DNA of 54,321 nucleotides from Candidatus Eiseniibacteriota bacterium. Its GTDB lineage: Bacteria > Eisenbacteria > RBG-16-71-46. The stretch is from positions 1 to 54,321 of the forward strand of contig JBGAOB010000004.1 of the NCBI GenBank assembly GCA_044222045.1, read 5' to 3'. A model generated the notes under the pieces. The model ran no database searches. It was not told the origin of the DNA and saw only the letters and a list, made by a program, of their open reading frames with translations. The first letter of the stretch is position 1; each line of letters starts with the position of its first letter. Made by a program: the position numbers and the translations under genes. Positions 8,107 to 16,578 of this stretch are shown one piece after another.

Positions 8107-10114
8107 GCGCACGCGAAGCTCCCGACGGGTCGCGGCGTGCCTCGGCCTGGGAATGAGCCTCACGCTCACGCTCACGCTGGCCGACGGTGTCGGTTCGGCG
8201 GGGCCCGTCCGGCTCGTGCGTCCCGGCGCGACGATCGAGCTTCGACATGCGCCCGCGGGGACGGGGTCGCTCGTCGGCCTGCCGTTCGTTCGCGCCCTGC
8301 GGGCGGGCAACGCGCCGAAACGCCCTGAGGCCGAGGGCGACGACCGCCTCGTCGCCTACCACGTCGAGTTCGCCGACGCGGCCAGCTGCAACCGGTACGC
8401 ACCGCCCGGAGCGACGGTATTCCATCGCTTCGAGCGATTTGCCGGCGTGTTCGTGTCGACGGACCGAATCGACGACCTCGTCCAGGCCACGCTGCATGCG
8501 CCCGGTTTCCGCGCGATCGAGGACGACGACATCGCCCAGCTCCCGCCACGCCCCCGACCGAGGACCGCACCGCCCTCGAAGGCGGTACCCGAGAACATCG
8601 TCCGCGGCGGGCTCGCCGGGCGCACGGGACGCGGCACGCTCGTCGGCGTCGTGGACACCGGCGTCGACTTCCGGCACGGCGACTTCGTTTCGGAATCGCC
8701 CGAGGGTCCCCGCTCGCGCATCGTGGCGTACTGGGACACCGGCCTGCCGTTCGATCCGGGGCGCGGCATCGGACGTCCCGGTCCCATCGCGTACCCGAAT
8801 GGCCAACCCGTGGGCACGGTGTTCACGGAGGCCGAGCTCACTCGCGCCCTGCGAAGCGGCGGACTCGACGATCTCGTCGATCACATCGGGCACGGCACGG
8901 CCTGCGCCGGGATCGCCGCGGGCAACGGGCGCAGCCTCAAGAGCACGCGCGAGGTGATGGGGGTGGCTCCCGGCGCCGCGCTGATCGTCGTGCGCGCCCA
9001 GACCTCGGACGAGCTCCCCGGGCTCTCGAACTTCGTGATCACTCCCGCGGTCCGATGGATGAGCGCCTTGGCCGACTCGCTGCGCCGCCCGCTCGTCGTG
9101 TCGTGCTCGTTCGGTCAGCAGATCGGCCTGCACGACGGCAGTCGGCTGATCGAACGCGAACTGGAAGCCCTGCTGCCGGACGGTGCGTCCGGGCGGGCAC
9201 TCGTCGTGTCCGCGGGCAACGACGGCACGCGGCCGGTGCACGCACGCATGGCGCTCGGCGCAAAGCCGCAGCTGCTCGAATGGCGTTGCAGCGACGGCGA
9301 CGCGCTGCTCGAGCTGCACGTGAGGACCCGCGACTCGAGCGTGGTGCGGGCCGCGGTCGCCGTTCGCTCCGACAACCGCCCGTCCGACATCGCGAACTAC
9401 CCGCTCGCGCCCGTCGTGAAAGGCTCGGCCTGGCAGATCGTGCGGTTCCGTGTCGCGGGCGACATCGGCGGCATCTATCTCTGGTCGAAAACTCCGGGCG
9501 TGCCGGTCGAGGCCTACATCTCGGGTGGGGAGTTCGCCACCCGGTTCACGGTGCAGACAGGCACCGTGGCGAGCCCGGGTACGTGCCGCGCGGCGATCAC
9601 GGTGGGGAGTTACGACTGGAACGACATGTTCGATCAGAAGGGGCTCGGCCCGACGACACTCTTCAACGCGTGTTCGGAGACACCCATCGAAATCGGAGCG
9701 CTCTCGTGTTACTCCAGTCGAGGCTTCGTGCACCGTCGGCTGGTGAAGCCCGACCTCGTCGCACCCGGGCAGTGGTTCACGGCGCCCGTGTCTCTCCTCG
9801 CACCCGAAAGGCCCGCCGGGCTCGGCATGGCTTCCGCGGGGGTGTACGAAGGCCTGCACGGATCGGGGCACTACCGCTGGTTCAACGGCACGAGCGCCGC
9901 CGCGCCGTACGTGGCCGGCGTCGTGGCGCTGGCGCTCGAGCGCGACCCGCGTCTCACACTCGGTTCACTTCGAGACCGGCTGCGCGCGAGTCTCACGCGG
10001 GACTCGACGACCGGCCCGGTGCCCAACCCGGCGTGGGGGTACGGCCGGCTCGACCTCGCCGCCGTGAAGCGCTTCCTCGGAGCCGGGGTGCGGGCCACGC
10101 CGCGCGATCATTGA
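8081..10114 (+). CDS. Secreted subtilisin-family S8 serine peptidase with inserted beta-domain (CspA-like architecture)
   Basis: Catalytic triad VVDTG, HGTACAGIAAG, GTSAAAPYVAG and oxyanion SAGND. N-terminal hydrophobic stretch. Overlaps the anti-sigma 3' end; start uncertain. Confidence 0.9.
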   Translation: MSSESRSTERTRSSRRVAACLGLGMSLTLTLTLADGVGSAGPVRLVRPGATIELRHAPAGTGSLVGLPFVRALRAGNAPKRPEAEGDDRLVAYHVEFADAASCNRYAPPGATVFHRFERFAGVFVSTDRIDDLVQATLHAPGFRAIEDDDIAQLPPRPRPRTAPPSKAVPENIVRGGLAGRTGRGTLVGVVDTGVDFRHGDFVSESPEGPRSRIVAYWDTGLPFDPGRGIGRPGPIAYPNGQPVGTVFTEAELTRALRSGGLDDLVDHIGHGTACAGIAAGNGRSLKSTREVMGVAPGAALIVVRAQTSDELPGLSNFVITPAVRWMSALADSLRRPLVVSCSFGQQIGLHDGSRLIERELEALLPDGASGRALVVSAGNDGTRPVHARMALGAKPQLLEWRCSDGDALLELHVRTRDSSVVRAAVAVRSDNRPSDIANYPLAPVVKGSAWQIVRFRVAGDIGGIYLWSKTPGVPVEAYISGGEFATRFTVQTGTVASPGTCRAAITVGSYDWNDMFDQKGLGPTTLFNACSETPIEIGALSCYSSRGFVHRRLVKPDLVAPGQWFTAPVSLLAPERPAGLGMASAGVYEGLHGSGHYRWFNGTSAAAPYVAGVVALALERDPRLTLGSLRDRLRASLTRDSTTGPVPNPAWGYGRLDLAAVKRFLGAGVRATPRDH

Positions 10115-10121
10115 CGACTGT

Positions 10122-11582
10122 TCATCGCAGCAGGACGACGGACGTCGATCGCCGCTGGCGCGCGGCTTCCAGCACCGCGAAATAGACACCGGGTCGTACC
10201 ACGCGACCGTCCGCCCCTCGCGTATCCCAGGTCGCTTGCCTCGGCCCCGGTGACAGATCCGCGTCGAGAACCGTCGCCACGGTCGCGCCGGCCACGTCCA
10301 GGACCCGCAATCGAACGGGACCCTGAACCGGCAGCGCGAACTGGAATCGAATCGGCGCACCGACCCGGGCCGGGTTCGCGGCGGGCTGGAGGAGCAAGGT
10401 CGCCGCCGATTCTCTGCGCTCGACGTCCACCTGCGCACCACACTGGAACGGCGTCGCCCAGCACACACCGGAAAGTGCCGGGGCATTCGTCGACCGAACG
10501 ATCGTGAGTTGCTCCGGCGGCCCATCGCGCTGAATGGTGTAGCCCGCCCCTGGACAGGCCTGCTGGAGACACGGCCAGCTGCACGCCCAGTCCGAACCGG
10601 TCCACACGCAGTTCCACACGCAGAGGGAGGTCGGAGAGGGGACCTGGAATCGCTGGGTTTGTCCGGCCGGGATCGTCGACGAGTTGGCGCCGACGGAAAC
10701 CAACACGCTCCCCGAGTAGGCATTCGTCACCGAGATGGTGCAGGCGCGACACGCCACGGGCAGGTCCGGCCACACGGCCGGGAACTCCGACGCAATCGGA
10801 GCCGATCGGCGTGTGGACGAAACGTCGGTTGGCATCGACGAACCACACGCCGAGGGCGCGGAAACTCCCCAGAAGAACGGCGGGTGTCCCGGGTAGGGGG
10901 ACTCCACGGACCACCACCCGGTGACGACGTACTGGGCGCCCGCCGTGAGTCCGGTCAGGATCAGGCGGGCTCGCGCGGTGTCGCAAGGGGCGGCCGAAAC
11001 CGCGGTCGATGCGGCGAATCGCAGGCAGCGCGAACCGTTCACGAACGCCACGGATGCCCCGGGCCCCGTGCGCCAGCCGTCCGCGAACCAGTCCCCGGCG
11101 AAGTCCTCGTCGAGCACCGGCGTTCCACCGCTGGAGTAGCACCAGTTGTGGTAGAGCGGGTTGCCATTGGCGTCCGTCACATTCGGACAACGCGTACAGA
11201 CGGGATTGCTTCGGAGATCCCCGTAGCGTTGAACGAGGATGTCGTCGATGCCGATCACGCCGTACGACGTGCCGGTGGAGGACGTGAGCTTCACGGCCAG
11301 ATCGACGAACACCGTGCAGCCGGGCGCGAAGAAGTAGAGCGGGTCCTGCATCTGGCACCAGTCGATGGCCGGATACGGGCGGTCGATCGGCCGCATGGGC
11401 ACGAGAGTCCGTTCCGCGCGTGCAGAAACGGCGCCCACGAAGAGGGCGATCGCGACGCCGACCGCCGCCGCGACGCGCACCGCGTGCTCGAGGAGATGGC
11501 CGCCGGGCTCACGATGCGCGCGGCGGACCCACGAGTGATTTCCGACGATGACCGCGGCGGAGTCGTGGAAGCGATGGTGCAC
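10122..11582 (-). CDS. Secreted Cys/Trp-rich protein with C-terminal FlgD-Ig domain
   Basis: GAGGAGG RBS before GTG. Hydrophobic signal-like region ending ARA. C-terminal ANPARVG...LDVAGATVA...WDTRGADGRVVRPGVYF. Confidence 0.75.
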   Translation of the reverse strand: MHHRFHDSAAVIVGNHSWVRRAHREPGGHLLEHAVRVAAAVGVAIALFVGAVSARAERTLVPMRPIDRPYPAIDWCQMQDPLYFFAPGCTVFVDLAVKLTSSTGTSYGVIGIDDILVQRYGDLRSNPVCTRCPNVTDANGNPLYHNWCYSSGGTPVLDEDFAGDWFADGWRTGPGASVAFVNGSRCLRFAASTAVSAAPCDTARARLILTGLTAGAQYVVTGWWSVESPYPGHPPFFWGVSAPSACGSSMPTDVSSTRRSAPIASEFPAVWPDLPVACRACTISVTNAYSGSVLVSVGANSSTIPAGQTQRFQVPSPTSLCVWNCVWTGSDWACSWPCLQQACPGAGYTIQRDGPPEQLTIVRSTNAPALSGVCWATPFQCGAQVDVERRESAATLLLQPAANPARVGAPIRFQFALPVQGPVRLRVLDVAGATVATVLDADLSPGPRQATWDTRGADGRVVRPGVYFAVLEAARQRRSTSVVLLR

Positions 11583-11942
11583 GCGCCCTCCTCGGTTCGG
11601 GTGAGGAACAGCCGCGCCGCCGCCGGGGGTGCGCAGGCGCCGATGGACACATCGGGAACCGGGGGATGCCCGATGGACTGTATGGAGCCCGCAGGCGTCC
11701 TGTCGAGATCAGAGTCGTCGTGCACGCGTGATCGCACCCTGGGTCACGCGCCACCGAGGGGGCTGCGGCGCGGCGCGATCGAAGCCGCGTGGCCGTGGCC
11801 CTCGCGCCGCCAGCATGTTCGTTGCAGCCGCGGCTTCGCCCCGGCCCTGACCGGGCGTATCGTCCGCGGCGCCCCCGGGCACCACCCGCGCGAGCGCCGT
11901 GCTCGCGCACCGGTCGTGACCGCCGCACGGGAGGGCGCGCCG

Positions 11943-12542
11943 ATGGCCGCCGAGTCCGAGAAGCCCGCCTGGCCACTGATGGTGATGGCCGTCGCGTCGT
12001 TCGTGCCGTGCCTGGGCTTCGCATTCGCCTCGGCCACGGTGTCGTGGGCGCTGGTCGCCCCGCGGCGCCATGCGCGCGTCGCCATGGTCGTCGCCGTGGT
12101 CGGAGCGTTGCTGAACCTCGGGTTCGCGATCGTGGTCGGCTCGGCGTGGCTGGCGAAGCACCCGCTCCCCACGCCGGAGCCCGGCTCGGACATGCTGGTG
12201 AAGACGCAGCAGCACCTGGACCTCACCGCCGAGCGAATCGAAGAGTACCGCGCGGCGCACGGGGTGTACCCCGACTCGCTCGGGCAGATGCTGGTGCCGA
12301 TGGGCGCGCCCGCGGACTCGGGCCACATTCCCGTCGACACGTCGAAGATCTTCCCGCCGGTGGACCCGCTCTCGTACGCGGCGGGACGCCCGCGACTGTT
12401 CACCTACGTCGTGTCGCCCGACCGCCAGCAGTACGACCTCCTTTCCCCCGGCCGGGACGGCAGGACGCCCAGCTCCGACGACATGCGCCCGATGCTCTCG
12501 CCCGAGGTGCGGAAGCGGTCCGGCTACCAGCCGGGGCTCTGA
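11943..12542 (+). CDS. Membrane protein with type II secretion pseudopilin GspG-like C-terminal domain
   Basis: N-terminal TM helices. IEEYRAAHGVYPDSL...DP...YDLLSPGRDGRTPSSDD matches T2SSG motifs. Confidence 0.65.
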   Translation: MAAESEKPAWPLMVMAVASFVPCLGFAFASATVSWALVAPRRHARVAMVVAVVGALLNLGFAIVVGSAWLAKHPLPTPEPGSDMLVKTQQHLDLTAERIEEYRAAHGVYPDSLGQMLVPMGAPADSGHIPVDTSKIFPPVDPLSYAAGRPRLFTYVVSPDRQQYDLLSPGRDGRTPSSDDMRPMLSPEVRKRSGYQPGL

Positions 12543-12672
12543 CCTGGAGCGAGCGGCGGCAGCGAAACCGCGCCCCGTCGGGAGACCGCTGCCGTCTTGC
12601 GGGGCCGCGGGGCCGACCCTACTCTCCGTCGCTGCTTCCGCTGGTCTCCCGACAACACTTCGCGAAAGGACG

Positions 12673-14346
12673 ATGACGGTGTCCTCGCCCCGCTGGTCCG
12701 CTCTGTTGCCCGCCGCGCTCGCGGCCTTCGCTCTCGCTGGTTGCTCCCGGGACGGCGCCGAACTCGCGCGCGTCGGCGACCGCGTCGTCACGCAGGCCGA
12801 GTTCGTGGACGTGGCGCGCGACAAGGAATCGCAGTACCCCGGCGACGACGCCACCGCCAAGAAGGGGCTGCTCGAGGACATCATCCGGCGCGAGCTGCTG
12901 CTGCAGGTGGCGCTCCGGCGCGGCGACGACACCACGGCGATCGCGCGCGGCTTCCGCGAGAAGCTCGAGCGCGAGGTGCTCACGATGGGCCTGGTGGACG
13001 AGCTGTCCCCGCAGGCCGTGGGCGTGAGCGACGCCGAGGTGAAGGCGCTGTACGAGGCGCGCCGCAACGTCGTGGACGTGTCGCTCATCTTCACCACCGA
13101 CACGGGGCTGCTGCGGCTGGCGATCGCCGACCTCGCGCGCGGCATGCCGTTCGCCGAAGTGGCCAACCGCACGAACAGCCCCGGCATGCTGCCGCCGGCC
13201 GGCGCGCTGGGCCCGATGATGCCGGGCCAGCTCGTGCCGCCGCTGGACGCCGAGATGGTGAAGCTGCCCGTGGGCGGCGTGGGCGGGCCGTACGAGACGC
13301 CACAGGGCTGGTTCCTGATGAAGGTGAACGGCCGCCAGGAGCACGAGCAGGCGCCGCTCGCGACGCAGCAGTCGATGCTGGCCGAGGCGATCCGCCAGCG
13401 GAAGCAGCGCCAGGCGCTCACCACGCGGCTCGCCGACCTGCGCTCCGCCTACCACGTGACGCCGGCGCCGGGTGGCGGGCAGGCGCTGTTCGAGCTGCTG
13501 CAGCCGAGCCGCGTCGACGAACCCGTCGACCTGGCGGGCGCCAACCGCAAGCAGGTGCTCGCGCGCTGGGACGGCGGCGTGTACACGCTGGGCGACGCGA
13601 TCAAGGACCTGTCGGCCGAGCGCGAGCGTCCGCCGGCGGCGATGCTGCCCGCGCTGGAGGGCTGGATCGAGAACCAGGTGATGGCGCGTGTGTCGCTGGC
13701 CGAGGCGAAGCGCCGCCACATCGGGGACAAGCCCGCCGTCGCGCGCCAGCTGCGCGGCCGCTGGGAGGAGTTCCTGCTCGAGGGCGTGTACTCCACGATC
13801 ATCGCGGAGATGCCGCCGGCGTCGCCCGAACAGGCACGCGCGTTCTACGACGGCGCGAAGAGCCAGTTCGCGCGCCTGCAGAGCGCGCACGTGTACCGGC
13901 TGCTCACGCCGGACTCGACGGTGGCGTTCCAGGTGGCACGTCACGGCGGCCACGCGGGCACGCTCAAGGAGTCCGCGGCGATGGTGGACCCGAAGCTGGT
14001 GGTCGAGGAGCTGAACGTCTCGTACCCGAACCCCGACCGCGAGTGGGCGATGCTCGAGGCCACGCTGCTGCGCATGCCGAACGGCGAGTGGGAAGGCCCG
14101 GTGCAGACCCCGACCGGCTGGCGGATCCTGCAGCTGATCGACCGCACGTCCGCCACGCCGTCGTTCGAGCAGCTCGACCCGGGCCTGCAGCAGCGCATCG
14201 TGGCGATGGCCTCCGAGATGGATCGCGACCGCAAGCTCGTGGCGTACAGCGACTCGTTGCGCACGACGTCGCGCGTGGCGGTGAACGACGCGAACCTCGC
14301 GCGCGCCCCGTGGCCGGCGCCGCGCATCATCGCGGTCGGCCCGTGA
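12673..14346 (+). CDS. PpiC/parvulin-type peptidyl-prolyl isomerase lipoprotein (PrsA/SurA-like)
   Basis: Lipobox LAG-C and a SurA-N-like region. Two parvulin-like segments (FAEVA...GALG...GPYETPQGWFLMK; GPVQTPTGWRILQ). Confidence 0.8.
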   Translation: MTVSSPRWSALLPAALAAFALAGCSRDGAELARVGDRVVTQAEFVDVARDKESQYPGDDATAKKGLLEDIIRRELLLQVALRRGDDTTAIARGFREKLEREVLTMGLVDELSPQAVGVSDAEVKALYEARRNVVDVSLIFTTDTGLLRLAIADLARGMPFAEVANRTNSPGMLPPAGALGPMMPGQLVPPLDAEMVKLPVGGVGGPYETPQGWFLMKVNGRQEHEQAPLATQQSMLAEAIRQRKQRQALTTRLADLRSAYHVTPAPGGGQALFELLQPSRVDEPVDLAGANRKQVLARWDGGVYTLGDAIKDLSAERERPPAAMLPALEGWIENQVMARVSLAEAKRRHIGDKPAVARQLRGRWEEFLLEGVYSTIIAEMPPASPEQARAFYDGAKSQFARLQSAHVYRLLTPDSTVAFQVARHGGHAGTLKESAAMVDPKLVVEELNVSYPNPDREWAMLEATLLRMPNGEWEGPVQTPTGWRILQLIDRTSATPSFEQLDPGLQQRIVAMASEMDRDRKLVAYSDSLRTTSRVAVNDANLARAPWPAPRIIAVGP

Positions 14347-16466
14347 GATCCCCCCGCACGATCGCGGCGGCCGTGCTCGCGCTGTCGCTCGTGCGGGCAT
14401 TCACGCCGGTGTCCGCACGCGCGCAGACGGTCGCCGAGTCGGTCGGCGATCGCATCGTCCGATTCCACGCCGACGACGCCGCACGCGGCGCGGCGCTGCC
14501 GTCGCTCGCGCTGGCGAAACCCCTGCCGGCGCAGGGCCCCGCGCCGGAGGGTTTCCCGGTGCGACCGCGCTTCGAGCGGCGCATGGGCGGGCAGGTCGTG
14601 CACATCGACATCGAGCGCGGCACGTCGCTGTACGGCGCGGGCGAGAGCATCGGCCCGCTGCAGCTGAACGGCCGGCAGGTGCTGTGCTGGAACACCGACG
14701 CGTACGCGTACCGAGACCCGGCGCTGTACCAGTCGCACCCGTGGGTGCTGGCCGTGCGCGCCGACGGCAGCGCGTTCGGCGTACTCGCGGACACGCCGAA
14801 CCGCATGATGGTCGACCTCGCGAGCGGCATCGAGTTCCGGTCGCAGGGCCCGCCGTTCCCGGTGATCGTGATCGACCGCGGTTCGCCGCAGGCCGTGCTG
14901 CAGGCGCTCGCCGGGCTCGTCGGCATGATGCCGCTGCCGCCGAAGTGGGCGCTCGGCTACCAGCAGTGCCGCTTCTCGTACTGGCCCGACTCCGAGGTCG
15001 TGCAGGTGGCGCGCACGTTCCGCGACAAGCGGATTCCGTGCGACGTGCTCTGGTACGACATCGACTACATGGACGGCTTCCGCAGCTTCACGTGGCACCC
15101 GCGCGGCTTCTCCGACCCGGTGGCGCTGCACCGCGTGCTCGCCGCGCAGGGCTTCCGCACGGTGGCGATCCTCGACCCGGGCCTCAAGCGCGACCCCGGC
15201 TACTTCGCCTGGGAGCAGGGCACGAAGGGCGACCACTGGGTGAAGACCGCGGCCGGCGAGCCGTACGTGGGCAAGGTGTGGCCGGGCGAGTGCATGTTCC
15301 CCGACTTCACGCGCGGCGCGACGCGCGCGTGGTGGGCCACGCTCGTCTCCGACTTCATGAAGGACCGGCTCGACGGGCTGTGGAACGACATGAACGAGCC
15401 CGCGATCTTCGAGACGCCGACCAAGACCATGCCCGAGACCAACCGCCACGACGCCGACCCCGAGCTGGGCGGGCCGGGCTTCCACGCGCGCTACCACAAC
15501 GTGTACGGCTCGCTCATGGCGCGCGCGTCGCGCGACGGCGCGCTGAAGGCGTACCCCGAGCGCCGGCCGTTCGTGCTGTCGCGTGCGGGCTACATCGGCG
15601 ACCAGCGCTGGGCCGCCACGTGGACCGGCGACAACCGCGCCACGTGGGAGCACCTGCGACTGTCCGTGCCGATGACGCTGTCGCTGGGCCTGTCGGGTCA
15701 GCCGTTCGCGGGCCCCGACCTGGGCGGCTTCGGCGGCAGCCCCGACGCGGCGCTCTACTCGCGCTGGATCGGCGTGGGCGCGCTGTTCCCGTTCGCGCGC
15801 GGCCACAGCGAGAAGGGCTCCGCGCGACGCGAGCCGTGGAGCTACGGCGCCGCGGTCGAAGCCACCGGCCGCCGCGCGCTCGAGACGCGCTACCGACTGA
15901 TGCCCTACCTGTACACGCTGTTCGAGGAGGCCTCGCGCACCGGGCTGCCCGTGATGCGGCCGGTGTTCTTCATCGACCCGCGCGACATCACGCTGCGCGC
16001 CGAACAGCAGAGCTTCCTGCTGGGCGCCGACCTGCTGGTGCAGGCCGCGCTCGACGAGCAGCCGTCGCCGGCCGCGAGCACGGTGAGCGAGCGGCTGGCG
16101 CGTCGCGGCGCGACGTGGCGGCTGGCGAACGTGCTCGGCACGAGCGACGCCGCGAACGACGAGAACCTGCCGAAGCTGTACGTGCGCCCGGGTGCGGTGA
16201 TCCCGCTGGGCCCGGTGACGCAGTACGTGGACGAGCGGCCGCTCGAGGACGTGACGCTGCTCGTGTCGCTGGACGCGAACGGCCGCGCGCGCGGCACGCT
16301 GTACGAGGACGCGGGCGACGGCTGGGGCTTCCAGAAGGGCGAGTACCGCCGGTCCACGATCGTGGTGGAACGCCGCGGCAAGGACGTGAACGTGCGCGTC
16401 ACGTCGGACGACGGCACGTGGAAGCCGCCGGGCAGGCGCACCTACACGGCGGTGGTGCTGGAGTAA
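14343..16466 (+). CDS. Secreted glycoside hydrolase family 31 (alpha-glucosidase)
   Basis: LYQSHPW, WYDIDYMDG, nucleophile motif WNDMNEP, WTGDN, GTLYEDAGDG. GTG start overlaps the previous stop; signal peptide present. Confidence 0.92.
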   Translation: MRSPRTIAAAVLALSLVRAFTPVSARAQTVAESVGDRIVRFHADDAARGAALPSLALAKPLPAQGPAPEGFPVRPRFERRMGGQVVHIDIERGTSLYGAGESIGPLQLNGRQVLCWNTDAYAYRDPALYQSHPWVLAVRADGSAFGVLADTPNRMMVDLASGIEFRSQGPPFPVIVIDRGSPQAVLQALAGLVGMMPLPPKWALGYQQCRFSYWPDSEVVQVARTFRDKRIPCDVLWYDIDYMDGFRSFTWHPRGFSDPVALHRVLAAQGFRTVAILDPGLKRDPGYFAWEQGTKGDHWVKTAAGEPYVGKVWPGECMFPDFTRGATRAWWATLVSDFMKDRLDGLWNDMNEPAIFETPTKTMPETNRHDADPELGGPGFHARYHNVYGSLMARASRDGALKAYPERRPFVLSRAGYIGDQRWAATWTGDNRATWEHLRLSVPMTLSLGLSGQPFAGPDLGGFGGSPDAALYSRWIGVGALFPFARGHSEKGSARREPWSYGAAVEATGRRALETRYRLMPYLYTLFEEASRTGLPVMRPVFFIDPRDITLRAEQQSFLLGADLLVQAALDEQPSPAASTVSERLARRGATWRLANVLGTSDAANDENLPKLYVRPGAVIPLGPVTQYVDERPLEDVTLLVSLDANGRARGTLYEDAGDGWGFQKGEYRRSTIVVERRGKDVNVRVTSDDGTWKPPGRRTYTAVVLE

Positions 16467-16578
16467 GGCGGGAATCGGCGAGCGCCCGTGCGACGGCGCC
16501 CGGCGGGCGCAATCCGTCGTTGACCCCGCACGGGGCGGGCTGCGACGCTCGCACTCGACCGGGCGCGAGGAGGCCGCC

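Noticed and set aside
8159-8179. (CTCACG)3 repeat in the S8 signal region as a phase-variation tract
   Set aside because: It is short and in-frame (LTLTLT), so slippage would not shift the frame.
12597-14342. GH31 as a 1289-aa fusion protein
   Set aside because: The N-terminal part is an alternate frame of the PPIase gene. The real start is GTG 14343, followed by a signal peptide.
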